Translations under genes and position numbers: made by a program
The notes under the pieces: generated by a model
What the model saw: the letters and a program-made list of their open reading frames with translations, nothing else
The model's database searches: none
What the model was told of the DNA's origin: nothing
In this document: one piece after another, positions 10,500 to 64,000 of the stretch
Layout: each line of letters starts with the position of its first letter
Numbering within the stretch: position 1 is the first letter of the stretch
DNA from: Macrostomum lignano
Taxonomy: Eukaryota
Assembly (NCBI GenBank): GCA_002269645.1
Contig: NIVC01001124.1
Coordinates: 248,001 to 312,000 of the forward strand
DNA: 64,000 nucleotides
Direction: 5' to 3'

Positions 10500-12466
10500 C
10501 AGATAGTGACAGTCAGATAGTGACAGTCAGATAGTGGCAGTCAGATAGTGTCAGTCAGATGGTGTCAGTCAGATAGTGGCAGTCAGATAGTGGCAGTCAG
10601 ATAGTGGCATTCAGATAGTGGCAGTCAGATAGTGGCAGTCAGATAGTGTCAGTCAGATAGTGGCAGTCAGATAGTGGCAGTCAGATAGTGGCAGTCAGAT
10701 AGTGGCATTCAGATAGTGGCAGTCAGATAGTGGCAGTCAGATAGTGGCAGTCAGATAGTGGCAGTCAGATAGTGGCAGTCAGATAGTGTCAGTCAGATAG
10801 TGGCAGTCAGATGTGTCAGTCAGAAAGTGGCAGTCAGATAGTGGCAGTCAGATAGTGGCAGTCAGATGTGTCAGTCAGATAGTGGCAGTCAGATAGTGGC
10901 AGTCAGATAGTGGCAGTCAGATGTGTCAGTCAGATAGTGGCAGTCAGATGGCAGTCAGATAGTGGCAGTCAGATAGTGTCAGTCAGATAGTGGCAGTCAG
11001 ATAGTGGCAGTCAGATAGTGTCAGTCAGATAGTGGCAGTCAGATGGCAGTCAGATAGTGGCAGTCAGATAGTGGCAGTCAGATAGTGTCAGTCAGATGGT
11101 GTCAGTCAGATAGTGGCAGTCAGATAGTGTCAGTCAGATAGTGGCAGTCAGATAGTGTCAGTCAGATAGTGGCAGTCAGATAGTGGCAGTCAGATAGTGT
11201 CAGTCAGATGGTGTCAGTCAGATAGTGGCAGTCAGATAGTGTCAGTCAGATAGTGGCAGTCAGATGGCAGTCAGATAGTGGCAGTCAGATGACAGTCAGA
11301 TAGTGGCAGTCAGATAGTGGCAGTCAGATAGTGTCAGTCAGATAGTGGCAGTCAGATAGTGTCAGTCAGATAGTGGCAGTCAGATAGTGGCAGTCAGATA
11401 GTGGCAGTCAGATAGTGTCAGTCAGATAGTGGCAGTCAGATGGCAGTCAGATAGTGGCAGTCAGATGACAGTCAGATAGTGGCAGTCAGATAGTGGCAGT
11501 CAGATAGTGTCAGTCAGATAGTGGCAGTCAGATAGTGTCAGTCAGATAGTGGCAGTCAGATAGTGGCAGTCAGATAGTGGCAGTCAGATAGTGGCAGTCA
11601 GATAGTGTCAGTCAGATGGTGTCAGTCAGATAGTGGCAGTCAGATAGTGTCAGTCAGATAGTGGCAGTCAGATGGCAGTCAGATAGTGGCAGTCAGATGA
11701 CAGTCAGATAGTGGCAGTCAGATAATGGCAGTCAGATAGTGTCAGTCAGATAGTGGCAGTCAGATAGTGTCAGTCAGATAGTGGCAGTCAGATGGTGTCA
11801 GTCAGATAGTGGCAGTCAGATAGTGGCAGTCAGATAGTGTCAGTCAGATAGTGGCAGTCAGATAGTGTCAGTCAGATAGTGGCAGTCAGATAGTGGCAGT
11901 CAGATAGTGGCAGTCAGATAGTGGCAGTCAGATAGTGTCAGTCAGATAGTGGCAGTCAGATAGTGGCAGTCAGATAGTGTCAGTCAGATAGTGGCAGTCA
12001 GATAGTGTCAGTCAGATAGTGGCAGTCAGATAGATGGCAGTCAGATAGTGGCAGTCAGATAGTGGCAGTCAGATAGTGGCAGTCAGATAGTGGCAGTCAG
12101 ATAGTGGCACTCAGATAGATGGCAGTCAGATAATGGCAGTCAGATAGTGGCAGTCAGATAGTGGCAGTCAGATAGATGGCAGTCAGATAGTGGCAGTCAG
12201 ATAGTGGCACTCAGATAGATGGCAGTCAGATAGTGGCAGTCAGATAGTGTCAGTCAGATAGTGGCAGTCAGATAGTGGCACTCAGATAGTGGCAGTCAGA
12301 TAGTGGCAGTCAGATAGTGGCAGTCAGATAGTGGCAGTCAGATAGTGGCAGTCATATAGTGTCAGTCAGATAGATGGCAGTCAGATAGTGGCAGTCAGAT
12401 AGATGGCAGTCAGATAGTGGCAGTCAGATAATGGCACTCGGATAGTGGCACTCAGATAGATGGCAG
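10500..12466. repeat. 14-bp satellite (GTCAGATAGTGGCA)n
   Basis: About 140 tandem copies with GTGT/GTGG and shortened variants. Confidence 0.97.
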
Positions 12467-13349
12467 CGTTATCTTCTTTGAATCCCCTCCGTGACGCTCA
12501 AATAAATTGCGGAGCAGTGAACTGTGTAGCCAGGGGCATTTAGTAGTCAGAGATTGAACGAATCCACGACAACATCATTCTATAGAATGAAATCGGAGTC
12601 CAGAGATCGGATGTCTCCTCACTGCAGCAATTCCGCTGCTCGCGCGCACACTGCGAGGTACATGCAAGAGCATGCCAGAAGTTCGGGAAACTCAAGCACT
12701 TTGGCAAGTTGTTTAAAAGTGCAAGTAGCCATTCCTATTACATGTAAATGCACGTGTTCGAGGCTAAGCGTCAGCAGAGCGTCCGTCTGCTCCAAAAGGC
12801 ATCTCTTTGCTTCTTGGCCGCTTGAAGCTGGATCCAGACAAATTTTTTCCTCTGAGTTGCAAATTCACATTTGAGAGAAGAAGAGGTTTGGAGTGGTGTG
12901 TCCGTAAATGGTGCCAAGCTGCTGTTTGACAATGTTAAGGACATTGTCGTTGTACTCGCCACATTCTCTGTTGCCTTCAATTTGCAGCACGTGTCTTCTT
13001 CTTAGAGGCATTTCTGGGGGTATTCGAAGTTATTTCTAAGTTGCGTCGGCGTGATGCCATTTCTCGGGAGTCTGCGCCATCGCTAGTAGCAGGCTTTCGT
13101 TAGATGTGGTGCACTTGACACTCTTAAAGTAGCAGTTGAACACATACAATCTTGTCGTCGACAAAGCTGTTAAAATTAAAATTAAAAAATAAACAAATCA
13201 ACGTAATAATAATTCTTATTAATTTTTAATTAATACATCATTTCTAATTCAGTATCTCTGAAAAAATCATGCATTTAAGAGTAAAGAATTCGTTTTGCCT
13301 TAAATTATTTTTTATGCTATATTCGTAACTCATAAGGGAAAATTAATGG

Positions 13350-13548
13350 CTGGGCTGGACCTCCGTACGGACCTTATATTGGACCTTAACATCCGGACCT
13401 TTACAAACATCCGGACCTTTAGAGGTCCGTATATAGTGACGGTGCGGACCTTTGCGTGCGGACCATCTGTGGACCTTTTTGGGACCTATCGTTAAATCAT
13501 CATAATCATCATAATCATAATCATAATCATAAACATTCATAATCATCG
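13350..13548. repeat. clustered GGACCT/GGTCC motifs followed by (CATAAT)n
   Basis: Direct; may be a transposon subterminal relic. Confidence 0.5.
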
Positions 13549-13811
13549 TTATACCTCACACTTGGTGTGAGGTGAAGAGTTGAGTGCAAGAGTTGAGCAT
13601 CAACGTTGCTTTCCCAGCCAAAGTTTGACAAGGCCCCAAGGGCTCGGAAAAGTCCTTGCAAAGGCTTCATGCATGATTTCCTAGGCTAAATTAAAGATTG
13701 GCAGATTCATCACCTGTTGTTCAATTCGAAACGGGCTTCAAATAAAATTGGACATCTTGTAACTGGCCTGGCATAATGCAGCGGGTTGAGAAGCATAAAG
13801 TGATGTTAAGT

Positions 13812-13889
13812 ACTACCGGCCATACCACGTTGAAAAAACCGGTTCTCGTCTGATAACCGAAGTTTAGCAACGTTGGGTTTGGTTAGTAC
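13812..13889 (+). pseudogene. 3'-truncated 5S rRNA copy (nt about 1-78)
   Basis: GGCCATACCACGTTGAAAAAACCGGTTCTCGTCTGATAACCGAAGTTTAGCAACGTTGGG..GGTTAGTAC matches the invertebrate 5S 5' part; similarity stops at the start of box C. Confidence 0.8.
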
Positions 13890-14130
13890 GAGCGTACTCG
13901 CCGATTTCTAAAATCATATATTACAGACTTAATCGTTTCAGCATGTAAATATTGAATAACAGAATGAATTATTCGGTACTAAAACGATCAATATTCCCAT
14001 TTTCTACAATTTCTTTATCTATTTTACAATTGTAAATTTGTTTGTAAAAAATATACGTTCCACGTTTGCTACTCTCTACTGAAAGTAGGCAACTTAGACG
14101 CAACCGATAAAATTTGTCAGACAACCCTTT

Positions 14131-14150
14131 TTTCGCGAAATTTCCAGAAC
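14131..14150 (+). promoter_or_regulatory. heat shock element, 4 perfect pentamers
   Basis: TTTCG CGAAA TTTCC AGAAC = nTTCn nGAAn nTTCn nGAAn. Confidence 0.9.
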
Positions 14151-14192
14151 GAGCTAAAAATAGCTCGCGGCGCATTCGCGGAGGATGGTACG

Positions 14193-14207
14193 GGAAACTT
14201 CTAGAAA
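14193..14207 (+). promoter_or_regulatory. heat shock element, 3 perfect pentamers
   Basis: GGAAA CTTCT AGAAA, 13 nt upstream of the TATA box. Confidence 0.9.
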
Positions 14208-14219
14208 CGGGCCGGAGTC

Positions 14220-14226
14220 TATAAAA
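14220..14226 (+). promoter_or_regulatory. TATA box of Hsp70
   Basis: TATAAAA about 160 nt upstream of the ATG. Confidence 0.85.
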
Positions 14227-14381
14227 GAGAAGCACCCGGCCCAGAATTGGAGGCAAGAAGAAATCGGATCGCAAGCCGAACGAAACGAACAGCAAAGCCA
14301 AGCAAGCCATCAAGGCAACTGACGCATCAGCCTACGCTACTACTCGTATATCAAGCAAGTGCGAATTAATCGATCGACAAC

Positions 14382-16297
14382 ATGGGTAAGAGCAACAACG
14401 GACCTGCAATCGGCATTGACCTGGGCACCACGTACTCGTGCGTTGGCGTGTTCCAGGCAGGCAAAGTGGAGATCATTGCCAATGACCAGGGCAACCGAAC
14501 CACTCCCAGCTACGTGGCCTTCACGGACACGGAGAGGCTGGTAGGCGACGCTGCAAAGAACCAGGTGGCGATGAATCCGGACAACACGGTGTTTGACGCG
14601 AAGCGTCTGATCGGACGAAAGTTCGGAGACGAGACGGTGCAGAGGGACATGAAGCTGTGGCCATTCAAGGTGACGAACGACGGAGGCCGACCCAAGATTG
14701 AGGTGCAGTACATGGGCGAGAGGCGCAGCTTCTACCCGGAGGAGATCTCCGCCATGGTTCTCACCAAGATGAAGGAGACGGCGGAGGCCTACCTCGGCGA
14801 GAAGGTGTCTGACGCGGTGATCACGGTGCCGGCCTACTTCAACGACAGTCAGCGACAGGCAACGAAGGATGCCGGGGCGATTGCCGGACTGAACGTGCTG
14901 CGCATCGTGAACGAGCCGACTGCTGCGGCACTGGCCTACGGTCTGGACAAGAACCTGCAGGGTGAAAGAACATTCTCATCTTTGACCTGGGAGGCGGCAC
15001 GTTCGACGTGTCCATCCTGACAGTGTCGGAGGGCAGCATGTTCGAGGTGCGCGCAACCGCCGGCGACACCCACCTCGGCGGCGAGGACTTTGATCATCGT
15101 CTGGTTGAGCACCTGATGCAAGAGTTCAAGCGCAAGTACCGCAAGGACATGAGCGGCAACGCTCGGGCTGTGAGACGCCTTCGGACTGCGGCTGAGCGAG
15201 CGAAGCGAACGCTGAGCAGCTCGGCACAGGCGAGCATCGAGATTGACTCGCTGTTCGAGGGCATCGATTTTTACACGAGCGTCACCAGGGCTCGATTCGA
15301 GGAGCTGTGCGCCGACCTGTTTCGCCAGACGATGGAGCCGGTGGAGCGAGCGCTGAGAGACGCCAAGATGGACAAGAGCAACATCAACGAGATCGTGCTG
15401 GTTGGCGGATCAACCCGGATCCCGAGGGTGCAGAAGTTGCTGCAAGAATTCATGGGCGGTCGGACGCTGAACAAGTCGATCAACCCGGACGAGGCGGTCG
15501 CCTACGGAGCTGCCGTGCAGGCTGCGGTGCTGACTGGCGTGAAGGACGACAAGATCGACGACCTGCTGCTGCTGGATGTGGCGCCGCTGTCTCTCGGCAT
15601 CGAGACCGCCGGCGGGGTGATGACCAAGATTGTCGAGCGGAACAGCCGCATCCCGACCAAGGCGACGCAGACGTTCACCACCTACTCGGACAACCAGAGC
15701 GGCGTCACGGTGCAGGTGTTCGAGGGCGAGCGAGCGCTCACCAGAGACAACCACCTGCTGGGCCGGTTCAACCTGGACGGGATCCCGCCAGCGCCGCGCG
15801 GAGTCCCTCAGATCGAGGTGACCTTCGACGTTGACGCCAACGGAATCCTGGTGGTGTCGGCGAAAGACAAGAGCACCAGCAAGGAGGAGAAGATCACGAT
15901 CACGAACGACAAGGGCCGCCTCTCGAAGGACGAGATCGACAGGATGGTGCGGGATGCGGAGAAGTTCCGCGAGGAGGACGAGCGGCACCGCGAGCGCCTG
16001 GCGGCCCGCAACCAGCTCGAGTCGCTCGCCTTCCAGTACAAGCAGGCTGCCAACGACTGCAAGGACAAGCTGGGCGAGAAGGACTCCGCCGAGGTGGTGG
16101 CCGCCTGCGAGCAAGTGATTTCCTGGCTGGAGAACAACCGGACTGCCGAGAAGGACGAGATCGCCCACCAGCAGCAGCAACTCAGCAGCCGCTGCTCGTC
16201 AATCATGGCCAAGCTTCATCAGCAGCAGCAGCAGTCTGGTCAGCCTCAGCCTGGACATCAGCGAGCCGGAGGACCCACCGTTGAGGAGGTCGACTGA
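14382..16297 (+). CDS. hsp70: inducible cytosolic Hsp70, intronless, with an apparent 1-nt deletion at about 14965-14970 (638 aa if repaired)
   Basis: [22 protein letters not shown] (after the frameshift) and [11 protein letters not shown] signatures; C-terminal GPTVEEVD; two overlapping ORFs join by adding one A; AATAAA at 16342-16347. Confidence 0.95.
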
Positions 16298-17588
16298 GCA
16301 TCATGTGCGCTATTTCTTCAAGGACGAGTACTTAGCTCTTGAATAAACTTTTTACATAAGTATACCTTTGCAATTACATATAATCAACGAGCTAAGTGCA
16401 AGTTTCTTAATTGTCTAATTGCATCCCTTTTCTAAAATTCATGCATAACTTTAGCGCTTGATCGCATATTTTTACATTCATAAGCGCGTTTTGTACAGTT
16501 TTGCGGATAATTGTTGAATAAACACATTGTTTTTTATATTAGTAATTTCTTCGTACATAGTCAATTAAATACAAATTGTGTGTTGCATATTATCATTTTT
16601 TCTATCGTTCATGGACGGACGGGGTTAACAATGAATTATTGTCTTGCGTGCAATGCTATTTGAGTGCAATACCACACAAAAATATCAAAGTAATTATATA
16701 TGGTTGCATGTTAAATTAAAAAAATGACAATCTTCACTGCCCCAGATCAAGTGCAATAATTGCTTATGAGATAAAAAATACTTTTTTCCTATCTCCAAAG
16801 TGTTTTTTTCCAGGAAATTGGCCTCTCCATGCAAAAATTACAAGATTACTCTCAGTGGTCCTAGAAATAATATAATGTCGTCAAAAATCACCTTCCCCTG
16901 AACTCTGCGTGTACGTACATTGTAAATTGTAAGTAAATGTATGCATACTTTTAGTCGTCCTAGGTTACATAAGATGCAAATGTATAATAATACTCAGTAC
17001 GTACAATTTCTGAGATCCCATCATATTTGGCTCTCCATCTGCTACATGCGCAGTCGTCCAAACATGCATTTACAAGTTTTAAAAAATGTAAAGTGTCACC
17101 TTAGTGAAAAGTAGTTCAATTTCGTTTAAAAATATAACTTTGAACGAAAATATTGGTAAAAAACAGTACACACCATGCATAAAATACAGATCGAGACCAT
17201 GATCACCAAATTTGGCGACCATTAGCTCGGCTTTTCAATTAACTTTTAAATGTTCGCAGTTGGGTATAACAAAAAGTACCGTAATATCTTTTGAAATCAA
17301 ATGTTTTTTTATATACTGTTGTTTAACAGCAAATTTTATTAAGTTCAAAAGTAATTGTCAAGTAAATTGTGTTTTCAAGAAATCTATTTCGTTTTCTTTG
17401 AAAATACAGGTACGGTTGCAGTTTTAAATTATTGACAGTGCGTCACTCTATTGAATTTTTCTAATGCGTTAAGTCATTAACAAAAGCTACAGTCCAGTGT
17501 GTTAGTTTATTTTTGTTGTTGATTGTAGAACTGTACATTGGTGAAAGAATAACCGATAAAACAACGTTTATATTGCGGCCATCGGTCA

Positions 17589-62724
<45,136 letters not shown>

Positions 62725-64000
62725 CTCTGTCTGTTTGCTCCCCTGGGTGTCTGTTCTTTTTTACAATTAAATAGACCTTTTTTGCTTGCACTGCTTTTAT
62801 ATTGTTTGCAGTTCTCTTATTATAAGTTAATTATTTATATTATGTATTAATAATCAGGGTCAAGGGCTCAATATCAAGCAATATTACTCCAGCATCGCTG
62901 CATTATTGGAGCTAGCTGATTGGGTCTTCCAGCGAATATATTGTTCTTGTGGCATGAGTAGCTTATTGACATTTTCTCCGGCTAACTTTACTATGCAACA
63001 GAGGTCTTCCTTTCTCTTATGATGGTTGTTGCATTGTTTTACTGTGTCATTTTTTATTGTTTTTGCTGCAATTACGATTGCGTTCTTTTTCTGTTTGCTT
63101 TCATTTTTCCCAGTATTTTTCCTTTTTTCTTTTTATGATTTATGATTAAATTATAGTATTAGTATTAAAAGTGCAATTGACCACTTATTAAAATGTGCGC
63201 GCATTTTATCGTGGCTATTTCTAATCTTGTCAAGAGAAAAAAGTTTTTTTATGTGCTTGCCCGAAAAAGTCCTCATTTTCCTTGCTTCTCTACTTGCAGT
63301 AAGTAGTTCAGTTTAGTCAACGCTTTTTATAAAGCTATATTAAATCACTGGAAAAAACTGCTTTTTAAAGCAAGTTAGCTTCATTTTTAGTCCGCACTTT
63401 TATTTTGTTTTGTTCCTTTTTGTTCCGACTCTAACCGTGACGCTTCTCCGCCTGTACTATTGCTGTGGTAGTCTGCTTCTCCCTACTTTGTGCTGACAAA
63501 GCTAACATTAATAAAGTTATATTGGTTATTCTGTCTACAGAACTTGCGATATCTTGAAGCGAGTCTGCCGACCCGGCCTCAAACTGTTGCATTAAATAGC
63601 TGCCTTGTTAGCCACATCTGTCTGTTTGTCCGTCTGTCTGTCTGTCTGTCTATCTCACGGATACTAGACTAACTAGATATGTAATTCGCAATTTAAATTG
63701 TTAAAAAGTAGAGCGTCTACTCTTTATTCAGTAGTTTGTCTGCTCAGTGTCACTTAAATTTAATGTGGCAGCTAAAATTTCCTTTCTTTTGCAGCAGCAT
63801 ATCGGGTTAAGAATGAACAGCAAATATTTAACTGGATGTACAAAAGTGTCTAGGGCGCAGGCCCAATCTATGCAATAGCTCAGACAATAAGAGAGCAATA
63901 AGGAGAGAGGTCGAAGTTGGACGAACGAAACTCTGCCTTAGGGGGGGGGGGCAGGCCCAATAATTGTTCAGCCAATGAGAGAGCAGTAAGGAGAGAGGTT

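Noticed and set aside
14510-16212. Antisense and alternate-frame ORFs over Hsp70
   Set aside because: Shadow ORFs expected from GC3-rich coding sequence; likewise those over the coiled-coil gene and myosin exons.
63858-64000. About 90-bp imperfect direct repeat at the window end
   Set aside because: Two copies only and cut by the window edge; nothing further can be supported.

Overview
Eukaryotic (animal) genomic DNA. The very high load of simple and tandem repeats, the GC-rich exons and a probable 38-nt intron resemble a free-living flatworm such as Macrostomum; this is an inference, not verified. Left to right: (1) a minus-strand spliced TNF/eiger-like type II membrane ligand (about 1265-5015, possibly starting at 7908) that the ORF track only partly shows; (2) tRNA-Asp(GTC); (3) an intronless 362-aa coiled-coil gene; (4) a truncated 5S rRNA copy just upstream of an intronless, HSE-driven cytosolic Hsp70 with a 1-nt frameshift; (5) a complete 21-exon non-muscle myosin II heavy chain gene (17589-62724, about 2010 aa), most of whose introns hold an unrelated tandem repeat. 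Myosin intron 5 (15.4 kb) has a minor-spliceosome (U12) 5' splice site. Inside it, on the same strand, lies an array of ten phase-1 exon-like units. They could splice in frame into a poly-Ala/Cys/KRKRR repeat protein with its own stop and AATAAA, and they are preceded by splice-bounded fragments with a tyrosine-recombinase-like H-x8-Y motif. All coordinates and translations were worked by hand; no database searches were run.
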